Assembly (NCBI RefSeq): GCF_003231495.1
Contig: NZ_PQWO01000010.1
Coordinates: 169,645-201,644, forward strand
DNA: 32,000 nucleotides
Reading direction: 5' to 3'
Origin: Acaryochloris thomasi RCC1774
GTDB taxonomy: Bacteria > Cyanobacteriota > Cyanobacteriia > Thermosynechococcales > Thermosynechococcaceae
Position numbers and translations under genes: made by a program. Positions 8,990 to 17,723 of this stretch are shown piece after piece; the first letter of the stretch is position 1; every line of letters begins with the position of its first letter. Under the pieces are notes generated by a model that was not told the origin of the DNA, made no database searches, and saw nothing but the letters and a program-made list of their open reading frames with translations.

Positions 8990-9802
8990 ATGTCGTTAGT
9001 CGTCGGCCAGATTGTCTACTCCAGCTTCCCTCGGATTGGCTATCAAATCTTCGCCAACGCTGAGATGCCAGAGTCTGTGCAGTCTGCATTCGTTGAAGAT
9101 ATTGTTCATAAACATTGGGATGTCTATGAGCCACCACCGCCAGGATATCGGGCAGGCTTTATTCATCAAGCTCATCCTGACCACACGTTGTTTGGTTGGC
9201 TCTTCAATGATGGGGACGACGATCATGGCCGTCCCCATACGCCCTACTGCTTGAGCTACCACCTCAATCAACCCCTCGAATCTGACATCGCCAATTTTAT
9301 TGTTCAGTGCCTGCAGAAAGGGCCAGTCGCACTCATCCCAAGACACATCATCCCTGAACAGCCTGGGCAACTTGAAATTACGAGTGACTATGAACCGGCG
9401 GGCCTTGGCGTCACATTTACAGCAGTGCAGCAGCAGCAAATCCAAGAACAGCTTCAGCACCCATCACTACTGCAGTGTTTCTTGGCTGATAGCGGTGTAC
9501 CAACCCTCATAAATGAACCCATAACAAAGGCTGTAGAAGATGAATTCATCGAGCCTCAGGTATGGCACCAGCCACTGATTCACCCAGATTTGGCGGCTCC
9601 CGCTCCTGCACAATCAGTAGCTACAGCCTCAGGTCAACGGACGTTGCCCACCTTGACGACATCTCAGCAGAAAGGAGACCTGGCCACTCTTTCTGCTGGT
9701 CCTCCTTCGGGGAACCCTCCTGGGCAGCGGGCTGTGACGCGCAAGCCCCCATCAGAGGACTTAGCCCGTCAGATTATCTCGATCTTAGACGAAACGCTTT
9801 AA
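8990..9802 (+). CDS. Conserved hypothetical protein with a globular N-terminal domain (~135 aa) and a Gln/Pro-rich disordered tail
   Basis: 270-aa ORF. The N-terminal region reads IVYSSFP..GYQIF...WDVYEPPPPGYRAGFIHQ...TLFGWLFNDGDDDHGRPHTPYCLSYHL. It is followed by QQQQIQEQLQ, a Pro-rich tract and an acidic C-terminus ILDETL. Confidence 0.65.
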   Translation: MSLVVGQIVYSSFPRIGYQIFANAEMPESVQSAFVEDIVHKHWDVYEPPPPGYRAGFIHQAHPDHTLFGWLFNDGDDDHGRPHTPYCLSYHLNQPLESDIANFIVQCLQKGPVALIPRHIIPEQPGQLEITSDYEPAGLGVTFTAVQQQQIQEQLQHPSLLQCFLADSGVPTLINEPITKAVEDEFIEPQVWHQPLIHPDLAAPAPAQSVATASGQRTLPTLTTSQQKGDLATLSAGPPSGNPPGQRAVTRKPPSEDLARQIISILDETL

Positions 9803-9870
9803 AGACTCAGGACTGGCGAGTCATGCTGCAGTTCTATCGCTTTTGGGAAGCTCCGAGAAGGCGATCACGT

Positions 9871-10725
9871 TTAAGGCTGACGATTGACCACGGAAAAGAG
9901 GGCCGAATAATCATCATCTGCATGCTGCTCCATCGCCTGCTGGAGGAGGTCTTGAACCGCGGCGACCATCCCTGTCTGCAAATCTGCCGATGACGCCAAG
10001 AACAGGTTGAGGTCTTTGAATAAATGCTTGGCAGGAAAATTTGGATTGTCGTAGTTTTGACTTTCCATACGCGGCAGTTTCTTATCGAACGTGGGCGCGT
10101 ATAGAGCACTCGTTCGCAAAATCTCCATCAGCATCTCTGATTCAACGCCGTGGTGCTGCGTGAAACTGAGGCTGAGGGCAAAGGCCGTGGTCAAGGAGCC
10201 AATCAGCTGATTAAGAGCTAGCTTAAGGGCAGCAGCTGTTCCCACAGGGCCAATCAGGCGAGGCTGAGTCCCCACACAGCTCAAGATCGGTAGCCAGCGC
10301 TGGAACTGTGCCAGTTCAGCCCCTACCATCACGATTAGCTCGCCGGTCTTAGCTTCTGGGATGCTTCCTAGCACGGGAGCTTCTAGGTAATCACCTCCGG
10401 CTTCAACAACGGCGTCTCGAATGTTTTGACTCTCGGCCGGTGCAATTGTCCCCATCTGGAGAATGGTGTGCCCAGGCAAGGCAGCTTGAGCGGCGTCTGT
10501 GAGGATCAGCTCATGAATGGCAGCGGCATCGGTCAGCATTAAGATAGTGCAGTCAGCAGCCGTAATCACCTCTGCAGGTGACGCAGCAAGGTTGGCCCCT
10601 GCAGCCTGGAGTGGAGGCAGTTTATCTGGCGTTCGGTTATAGACCGTCAGGACATGATGATTAGCCAAGAGTCGAGTCGCCATCGGTAGCCCCATGAGTC
10701 CAGTACCGATCAAACCGATCTGCAT
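9871..10725 (-). CDS. NAD(P)-dependent beta-hydroxyacid dehydrogenase (3-hydroxyisobutyrate / 6-phosphogluconate dehydrogenase-like)
   Basis: N-terminal Rossmann motif MQIGLIGTGLMGLPMATRLL. The length (284 aa) and the LKLALNQL helix region are typical of the family. Confidence 0.85.
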   Translation of the reverse strand: MQIGLIGTGLMGLPMATRLLANHHVLTVYNRTPDKLPPLQAAGANLAASPAEVITAADCTILMLTDAAAIHELILTDAAQAALPGHTILQMGTIAPAESQNIRDAVVEAGGDYLEAPVLGSIPEAKTGELIVMVGAELAQFQRWLPILSCVGTQPRLIGPVGTAAALKLALNQLIGSLTTAFALSLSFTQHHGVESEMLMEILRTSALYAPTFDKKLPRMESQNYDNPNFPAKHLFKDLNLFLASSADLQTGMVAAVQDLLQQAMEQHADDDYSALFSVVNRQP

Positions 10726-10888
10726 TTTCGTTCTCCGTCCGTCTGTTTTAGAGTCCTATGCTATCTCGTCGTGCCGTTCTGGCCTGATTTCAGACGGCTT
10801 TACGCAATCCGTGTTTAAACGGTAGCGTGGTAGCCTGAAGTCTTTCAAGCATTGAGAGACTCCAGCCCCTACGAATGAGGCTTCGCCC

Positions 10889-11212
10889 ATGCCCCTAAAG
10901 ATTATTGAGAACTTTGACGGCAACTTCACACTGGCCCCAGAGGTGAAAGTCGCGCTCTTTGAGATGCTGACGCAGGATGCCTTTTTGGCACAGGTCGCTC
11001 AGAATGCCGGGTGTCCGGCCGTAGAGTTTACGGAGCTCATTTTTCAGCCACTGCCCTACAGCAAAAGTACGCCGAAAGGGATGCCGTCTCTGTTTGAGCA
11101 GTACCACGACTCTGAAGACTATGTGATTATTAATGTGCCGCCCAACTATATGTTCAAGGCAAAAGTGTTTAAGCCCAGTCGCCTATGTGCAATCTATCGG
11201 CGACAGTCATAG
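10889..11212 (+). CDS. Hypothetical protein
   Basis: 107-aa ORF in an otherwise empty gap, with protein-like composition. No motif recognised. Confidence 0.45.
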   Translation: MPLKIIENFDGNFTLAPEVKVALFEMLTQDAFLAQVAQNAGCPAVEFTELIFQPLPYSKSTPKGMPSLFEQYHDSEDYVIINVPPNYMFKAKVFKPSRLCAIYRRQS

Positions 11213-11320
11213 CGGCGAGAAGGGTACACTAAGGGGCATAACCGGCATCTCTCGGGGCTTTGAATTGACAGAACCTCTTAGATTACGCCAAAATTAAGAA
11301 ATGTTAACGCGATAGGCAGC

Positions 11321-11968
11321 ATGGTATTTGACTGGCTTTCTATAGAAACAGTACAGGGGCTCGCGCAACAGTATGGCTACGTCGTTGTTTTCTTGGGAAT
11401 TTTACTGGAGAGCCTAGGATTACCTCTACCAGGGGAATCGATTGTGCTGGTGGGTGGCTTTTTAGCCGGACAGGGAGATCTGAAATTTCTTTGGGTGGTC
11501 CTCAGCGCGCTTGCGGGTGCGATTGTGGGCGGCAACTGCGGCTACTGGATTGGGGTCTATGGGGGTTGGCCACTGCTCTTGAGAGTGGGCAAGGTCTTTC
11601 GGGTGCCCACAGAGAAGCTAGAGGAACTACAGCAGCGCTTTAGCTACAACGCAGGTCGAGCGGTTTTCTTAGGCCGCTTTGTGGCTTTATTGCGTATTTT
11701 TGCTAGCCCTTTGGCCGGAATTGCGAAGATGCCCTACGGGCGGTTTATGATTTATAACTGTGCAGGGGCAATGCTCTGGGCAACAGTTATGGTCTCGCTT
11801 GCTTTCTTTGCAGGTGAAATTATTTCACTGGGCCAGTTAGTGGCCATTGTCAGTGAGTTTAGCCTGTTGATCCTAGGGGGACTGATCGCTTGGTTTGTGT
11901 TCCCTTATTTGCTAAGGATGACGAAGCGACAGAGGCTGAAGCAAGCGGGTGAATCTGAGAGTTCTTAG
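11321..11968 (+). CDS. DedA-family (VTT domain) membrane protein
   Basis: YGYVVVFLGILLESLGLPLPGE followed by multiple hydrophobic helices is the canonical DedA N-terminal motif. Confidence 0.85.
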   Translation: MVFDWLSIETVQGLAQQYGYVVVFLGILLESLGLPLPGESIVLVGGFLAGQGDLKFLWVVLSALAGAIVGGNCGYWIGVYGGWPLLLRVGKVFRVPTEKLEELQQRFSYNAGRAVFLGRFVALLRIFASPLAGIAKMPYGRFMIYNCAGAMLWATVMVSLAFFAGEIISLGQLVAIVSEFSLLILGGLIAWFVFPYLLRMTKRQRLKQAGESESS

Positions 11969-12016
11969 GCCTTGGCTCTGATCTCTGCGCTGTTGTTCAA
12001 GAGGTCAAGGTTAGCC

Positions 12017-12535
12017 ATGGTGGCTCCTACTGAAGAGCTAATCGCGTCTGTCCCAGGACCAGAGGCGGACCCTATCTTGGCACTGCAGGCTGCAGAGCGT
12101 CAGGAATCGATTAAGGCAGCTTTATTTTCAGCAGTGGCGGTGGCGGTCACGTTTAGTGCGCTGACGGCTTTCAACCAGATCGTAGCGACGGCGATTCCGT
12201 CTTTATGGATGCTGCAAATGCAGGGGCTGAACTGGCAGGGGCTAGGCAGTGGTGCGATCGCAACTTTAGCGGGCTGTGTGTTTGGCATCAACTATCGCTA
12301 CGCGGTGCGCACCGATCGCAATCCGCATCTAGGGTCAGGAGTAGTGATGGCATTTGGCACGGTACGGGGACTAGCCCAGCTTGATGTGGGACTAATGGCG
12401 CAGGGCGTGATTTGGCCGTTTGTGGTGCTGGCGGCGGAGAGCTTGTTTTTATTTGCGATCGCACGTCTCGTACTCGACCTTGTTCTCCGGCTAGGCTGGG
12501 TAAAATATTCGGTTCTGGAAACCAACTCAGACTAG
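12017..12535 (+). CDS. Hypothetical integral membrane protein
   Basis: The ORF has about 4 hydrophobic segments. The ATG at 12017 lies in frame within the TTG-initiated ORF 11972..12535. Its stop overlaps the stop of the convergent protease gene (shared CTAG). Confidence 0.5.
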   Translation: MVAPTEELIASVPGPEADPILALQAAERQESIKAALFSAVAVAVTFSALTAFNQIVATAIPSLWMLQMQGLNWQGLGSGAIATLAGCVFGINYRYAVRTDRNPHLGSGVVMAFGTVRGLAQLDVGLMAQGVIWPFVVLAAESLFLFAIARLVLDLVLRLGWVKYSVLETNSD

Positions 12536-14571
12536 AGGCTATTGGCTCGCTCTAGCCAAGTCTCAGCGGAAGAGGACTCTCCCTGCTTTTGATAGAGCTT
12601 GGCAACCTGACGATAATCGGCCTTCGCCCCTTCGATCTGACCCGCCTTTTCCCGAGCATCACCGCGCACAATGTACCAGCTGGGCTGCGAAGGCTGGAGT
12701 TTAATCAAGGTGGTGAAGTCTTTGATCGCGGCTGGATACTGCTCCTGCTTTTCGTATAACTGGCCCCGATTGTAATACAGCGAAAAAGAGCGGGGGGTTA
12801 GAGCCACAAGCTGGTTATAGGCTGAGATCGCACCCTCTAGATCATTCATATCTTCACTGAGGGACGCGATTTGCTCATAGGCACGCGTATTGCGAGGATT
12901 AATCTTGGCCATCATCCGATAGTCTGCGAGCGCTCCCTGGGGGTCACCACTATAGCGACGGACATGGGCACGGCGATCGTAGGCTTCTGTATCTTTGGGG
13001 TTGATCTTGATTAACTGTGAATAGTCTTTGAGCGCCCCTTGATGATCCCCCTGGACGAAGAGCATACCGCCACGGGCGCTGTAGGCGAGGGCATTCTGGG
13101 GATCCAGACGAATCATGGCTGAATAGTCTTGAATGGCGGACTGCTGATCCGATTGAGCCATATACAGGGTTGCCCGCCATAGATAGGCCTGGAGACGGTT
13201 GGGGTTCAGCTCAATCACCCGACTAAAATCAGAGAGTGCACCTAATGTATCGCGACTGGCATTACGGTAGGCACCCCGCAGCCAATAGGCTTGCTCTGCC
13301 TTCGGATCAAATGCAATCACCTGGTCTAGATCCTGCAGTGCAGCTTGGGTTTGACCACTTGCGATCGCATAGTTAGCCCTGGCCAAATAAAGACGAGCCT
13401 CACGGGGCGAAGTTTGAATGACCTGCGACAAAACCGCCCGCGCACCCACATAGTCTCCCGACTGGGCCTTGATGGCAGCAGTAATCAGAGCATCATCCAC
13501 GGGGGAAGGCGGAGGAGCAGTGGCGGGCAGGTGCGCCTTAAGCGTCATTCCCATCGCTTTGGACTGCTTTAGAAACGCTTCAATAGGAATACCGAGATTA
13601 AAACCTGTTTTAACGCGAATGTCGGTATTGAGAGTTGACGCTTCCAGGCGACTGTCCACATCGCCTCGACCGTGGATACCTACCAGTTCACCCTCACGAT
13701 TAAAAACGCCGCCACCACTCATCCCAGGTAAGGTACGGTTCGTGTAGATCATGGCATAGCCATCGTCAAAACTGCGACTGCTGCGGGCGGTAATTTTACC
13801 ATCGGTAAAGTTGTAGACCGGCTGGGTAATGGCGGCTGTTGTGGCCGGGAAACCTGCCACAAAGACCGGCAACCCTTCGCTGGCCGTTTGAGCCTTGGCC
13901 AGCGAACAGACGGTGTAGGTGCGATCGCTCTCGAAGGTCACTACGGCTAAATCAATGCTTTTTAAGGAACGCACCTCTCTTGCTGTGTACTGCTGCTGAT
14001 CGGCGGTGGTAATGCGATAGGGAATATCGCGGGCAGCCACGACGTGAGCTGCTGTCAAGAGGGTGTAGGTGTTGCCTTGGCGCTGGATAATCACGCCTGA
14101 CCCCTCAGTGATGCCATTCCCCAAGCTGACGGTGACTTGTTTGGCCTGCTTAGCAATGTCACTCGTCGCCAGCGCGACTTGAGGTGCCTTCGGCTTGCGG
14201 GTCCGGGGCAAAGGCCGTGCATCTGTTTGGCAAGGCGCGGCAACGGCTCCCGTTGTGACACCGCCAGGAAGCGGAACGGCGCTGCCTAAACCCTGGAGCG
14301 GGAGACCGGGCTTTTTGGTCACAACCTGACCTTCGATGAGCACGCCATGCCCAATGCTGACGTGCGGGCCAATTCTCACGGTGGCGGGCTGCGGCGAACT
14401 CCCGACGGTCAAAGGCGATAGGCCCACTGGTAATGTCGGCGCGGCGGTGCGATCGCAGCTTTCAGTGGAGGTCTGAGCCTGACTCGATTCTGAGACCAAT
14501 ATCGCTGACAGACCCAGTCCGTTCAGCCCCATCAACAGCAATCCCCACGCTGTACCCCGATGTCGCTTCAT
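12532..14571 (-). CDS. Secreted trypsin-like (S1/S1C) serine protease fused to a long TPR array
   Basis: Signal-like N-terminus (GLLLMGLNGLGLSAILV). Triad context is TAAHVV (His), IDLAVV (Asp) and GMSGGGVF (Ser). About 8-9 TPR repeats follow (AYxxRGxxxxxxGDxxGAxxDYxxxIxxNP). Confidence 0.8.
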   Translation of the reverse strand: MKRHRGTAWGLLLMGLNGLGLSAILVSESSQAQTSTESCDRTAAPTLPVGLSPLTVGSSPQPATVRIGPHVSIGHGVLIEGQVVTKKPGLPLQGLGSAVPLPGGVTTGAVAAPCQTDARPLPRTRKPKAPQVALATSDIAKQAKQVTVSLGNGITEGSGVIIQRQGNTYTLLTAAHVVAARDIPYRITTADQQQYTAREVRSLKSIDLAVVTFESDRTYTVCSLAKAQTASEGLPVFVAGFPATTAAITQPVYNFTDGKITARSSRSFDDGYAMIYTNRTLPGMSGGGVFNREGELVGIHGRGDVDSRLEASTLNTDIRVKTGFNLGIPIEAFLKQSKAMGMTLKAHLPATAPPPSPVDDALITAAIKAQSGDYVGARAVLSQVIQTSPREARLYLARANYAIASGQTQAALQDLDQVIAFDPKAEQAYWLRGAYRNASRDTLGALSDFSRVIELNPNRLQAYLWRATLYMAQSDQQSAIQDYSAMIRLDPQNALAYSARGGMLFVQGDHQGALKDYSQLIKINPKDTEAYDRRAHVRRYSGDPQGALADYRMMAKINPRNTRAYEQIASLSEDMNDLEGAISAYNQLVALTPRSFSLYYNRGQLYEKQEQYPAAIKDFTTLIKLQPSQPSWYIVRGDAREKAGQIEGAKADYRQVAKLYQKQGESSSAETWLERANSL

Positions 14572-14743
14572 ACCCTGCTTTTACTCATTTTGCTCAAATC
14601 CATGATAGCTGCCCATTTTCTAAACCGCCGATTATGCGACTTATAGAAATGGACAAAACTCTGCGAGATGTCTCAACGTAAGCCGATCACGCAATATGAT
14701 CGTGATGTACCAGCCCCTGATCTGTACAGCTCTCATTCGTTAT

Positions 14744-15313
14744 ATGGTCGACGATATTTTGACGTTTTGGTTCGGGTCGCCGGATCAGACAGGCTTCGGA
14801 AAGCCGCAAAAAAAATGGTTCCGTAAGAACCCAACGTTTGATCAAGAGATTTGCGATCGCTTCCTATCGACGTATAAAAAAGCCGCCGCTGGCAGCCTTA
14901 ATCACTGGCAACAAGAGGCCCAGAGTTGCTTGGCACTCTTGCTATTGCTCGATCAGTTCCCACGCAATATGTTTCGAGGAACGCCACAGGCCTTTGCCAC
15001 AGATGCACAGGCACTAGCGGTGGCCCAAAGCGCCGTTGAACGCCAGATCGATCAGCAGCTTATTTTTATACAACGATGGTTTGTCTATTTACCCTTTGAA
15101 CACAGCGAACAGTGGGAGCACCAGCAACAGTCTTTACAGCTCTGGAAAACACTGAAAGATCACCCCGACAGCGACAGCGCCATTGACTATGCCCAGCGCC
15201 ACGCTGACGTCATTCAGCGCTTTGGCCGTTTCCCTCATCGCAACGAGACTCTAGGGCGAGAGAGCACACCCGACGAACGAGCCTTTCTCAATCAACGCGG
15301 CTCTTCGTTCTGA
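14744..15313 (+). CDS. DUF924-family protein
   Basis: ILTFWFG...KKWFRKNPTFDQEICDRF...LLLLDQFPRNMFRG is the DUF924 signature. The upstream in-frame ATG at 14696 is an alternative start. Confidence 0.8.
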   Translation: MVDDILTFWFGSPDQTGFGKPQKKWFRKNPTFDQEICDRFLSTYKKAAAGSLNHWQQEAQSCLALLLLLDQFPRNMFRGTPQAFATDAQALAVAQSAVERQIDQQLIFIQRWFVYLPFEHSEQWEHQQQSLQLWKTLKDHPDSDSAIDYAQRHADVIQRFGRFPHRNETLGRESTPDERAFLNQRGSSF

Positions 15314-15554
15314 CACAGCAACATCTGTCGGCATTATCCTTCCAGAATGGGGGCCAATCTAGAAGCATTCAGAAACTCATACAAGAGATCGACGCCAGCA
15401 ATTGAATGCAGCAGCACTGACAGATAAAACACAGACAGAGCCTCTTTTCTCTCAATAATTAATCTGGACTGAAATATTCAGGCGTATGATGAAAAGCGAT
15501 TGTGGTCGCCGTCTTCATAAATGACTGAGCAGCCAGCGTGTGGAGTGAATATTC

Positions 15555-17723
15555 ATGATTAAATCAGCAACGTTTGCAGCCGTTGTCTCATTGGCGGTGG
15601 CAGGCTGGTCTTCCCCCAGCGCGGCACAAACCTTCGATCCCCTCCAGCAATTACTCGAAACACGAGCCTGTCAAAACTGCGATTTGAGTAATCTTGACCT
15701 CAGCGGCCAAGATCTGAGCCAGATTGATTTGCAGGGAGCCACGCTAACCCAGGCCAACCTCAGCGGCGCAGACCTCAGCAACGCCAATCTCACGGGGGCC
15801 AATCTCACGGGCGCTAATCTAAGCGGTGCCAACTTACAGGGCGCACAGCTAGAAACCGCGATTCTCACCAATACCGACCTTTCCAACGCAAATTTAGAGC
15901 AAACGATTCTAGCGGAGTCTGAGCAAATCGAGAGCGAAGCCCCAATTGACGGCGAGGGACCAGCAGATCGCGAAACGCCAACCGTTGAAGAAGATAGCGA
16001 CGCTGAAACAGCCAGCCTCATCTCACCTCTCTTAAATCAACAGTTTCAGCAGCCCACGGCCCAAACGTTGCCGCAGGGTACGGTGGCACTCAAGGGCACC
16101 TCTCGTCTTTTTTCTCTATCAGATGACGTGGCAGGTGATAACGACACACCTGTTTTTATTCACTTGGGCTTCAGCGTTGGCATTACGGATGATTTAGAAC
16201 TATCCGCAGCCTTCCAGCAAGCCGATAGCAATTCTCCAGGGCAGCAGGGGCCCTTCATCGTGAACCGAGGCGGTGACGATCCAGGTAACGACGAGCTGAC
16301 GTTCCAGCTTAAGCAGAAAATCTGGAAAAATGCTGATCGCAGCTTGGAACTCAGTGGAGTTGCGGCAGTTTCTTTCCCTCCTTCGGGGCGTCTGAGTACG
16401 TTTATTGGCAATGGAGACGTTGTATCCGTTGAGAATGATGCCGTTGTTCCTGCATTGCAGCTTCCCCTCACCGCAACCGTGGGTGAACGCACAAAATTGA
16501 CGCTATCGCCCACCATTGCCTTTTTTCCGTCCGGCAGTGCTCTCTTTCTCTCGACACCCCCGATTGCTAATTCAGGCTCCTTTGGTACCACCTTTGGCTT
16601 AACCGGGGCTGCATCCTTTAACGCTTTTGATCGTCTAACGCTGTTCGCAGATGCCTTTGTCCCCTTCACCGGCAACAACAGCATCAGCCCGACCTCCGGC
16701 CTACCCAATCGAGAAATTGTCTTTAACGCAGGTGCCCGCTACTTAATCAATCCACGCTTGGCCGTTGACCTGTTTGCCACCAATGCAGCAGGCAGTTTGG
16801 GGCCTCTGGCGCTCACAACCCAACCCGATTCTGTGGGCATCGGTGCGAATTTAATTTTCATGCCTGACCTTGCCCCCCGCAACCGTCGGATTGCCGACAA
16901 TCGGAAAGGAGAGCTTGATCAGCCAGATTCTCCTCGGACCATTGACGGCCTAGGCTTCTTCGATGGCGGTACTGTTCCGAAAGGCAAATTTGCCTTCCAT
17001 CTGCAGGGCGGGAGCCAAGGATTGCTCACGGCTCTTCGCTATGGCCTGCTCAAAGATTTTGAGGGCGGCATCTTTCTAGACTCAATTTCAGGAGCGGTGG
17101 ATGAGTCAGAGCAGGGCATCAGCGGTAAGATTCGGCTCTTAAATCAAGATAAAGGTGCACCTTTTACCTTGAGTGTGGCGGGTACACTCAGCCAAACCAA
17201 CGATGTGTTTTCTAATTTCGTCAATAACGATGCAGGTGCCTTTGATGCTCTGGGCATTGATGAAGGGTTCCCCTTTATTGGTAATCGAGATCGAGACGAT
17301 CGGCTGTTTATCGTAACGACTTCAGTGCCGATCATCTATAAGATCAGTGAGCGAGCCAACGTTTGGTTTACCCCCACGGTGGGTCTGGTTCAGCGCGAAG
17401 GGGTTGAGTTAGCTGGCTTTAACTTGGGAGGAGAACTACAAGTGCTTCCAGCCTTCAGTGTGTTAGCCGAGGTCGGTGCTAATTTTGCGGGCTCGGGCAA
17501 TGCCTTTAGCGGCAACAGCCTAGTGGATCGCATTCCGTTTAATTTTGCAGTGAGGGTAGACCCGCTCCGTTTGTTTGGAGATGATTCAGATACACCGCGT
17601 GCCAACCGTCCAAACGTAGAACTGTTTCTCACCAACCGCGTCGGTTCATCACCTTGGCATCAGTTGCGAGTGCGTGATCAAAACGACATCGCCGTAGGTG
17701 CAGGGATCCTGATTCCATTCTAG
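15555..17723 (+). CDS. Exported pentapeptide-repeat domain fused to a large beta-rich, outer-membrane-barrel-like domain
   Basis: Signal peptide (AVAGWSSPSAAQ). About 16 A(D/N)LxX pentapeptides follow (NLSGADLSNANLTGANLTGANLSGANL), then an acidic linker. The ~550-aa Gly/Ser/Asn/aromatic-rich region has alternating hydrophobicity and ends in a terminal Phe (GILIPF). Confidence 0.8.
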   Translation: MIKSATFAAVVSLAVAGWSSPSAAQTFDPLQQLLETRACQNCDLSNLDLSGQDLSQIDLQGATLTQANLSGADLSNANLTGANLTGANLSGANLQGAQLETAILTNTDLSNANLEQTILAESEQIESEAPIDGEGPADRETPTVEEDSDAETASLISPLLNQQFQQPTAQTLPQGTVALKGTSRLFSLSDDVAGDNDTPVFIHLGFSVGITDDLELSAAFQQADSNSPGQQGPFIVNRGGDDPGNDELTFQLKQKIWKNADRSLELSGVAAVSFPPSGRLSTFIGNGDVVSVENDAVVPALQLPLTATVGERTKLTLSPTIAFFPSGSALFLSTPPIANSGSFGTTFGLTGAASFNAFDRLTLFADAFVPFTGNNSISPTSGLPNREIVFNAGARYLINPRLAVDLFATNAAGSLGPLALTTQPDSVGIGANLIFMPDLAPRNRRIADNRKGELDQPDSPRTIDGLGFFDGGTVPKGKFAFHLQGGSQGLLTALRYGLLKDFEGGIFLDSISGAVDESEQGISGKIRLLNQDKGAPFTLSVAGTLSQTNDVFSNFVNNDAGAFDALGIDEGFPFIGNRDRDDRLFIVTTSVPIIYKISERANVWFTPTVGLVQREGVELAGFNLGGELQVLPAFSVLAEVGANFAGSGNAFSGNSLVDRIPFNFAVRVDPLRLFGDDSDTPRANRPNVELFLTNRVGSSPWHQLRVRDQNDIAVGAGILIPF

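Noticed and set aside
15700-15900. A 15-nt periodic nucleotide repeat that could be mistaken for a tandem-repeat or CRISPR-like array.
   Set aside because: The periodicity is the coding consequence of A(D/N)LxX pentapeptide repeats inside a continuous ORF. There are no spacer-repeat units of CRISPR size and no cas genes.
15671-16708. Long antisense ORFs inside the pentapeptide/barrel gene (15671..16021 and 16160..16708). Similar shadow ORFs lie opposite other genes, for example 8996..9460, 6518..6859, 5483..5875, 2327..2671 and 3564..3899.
   Set aside because: Each lies entirely within a better-supported gene on the other strand. Their composition is Arg/Ser/Pro-rich and low-complexity, and they have no motifs. 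These are typical frame shadows of moderately GC-rich coding DNA.
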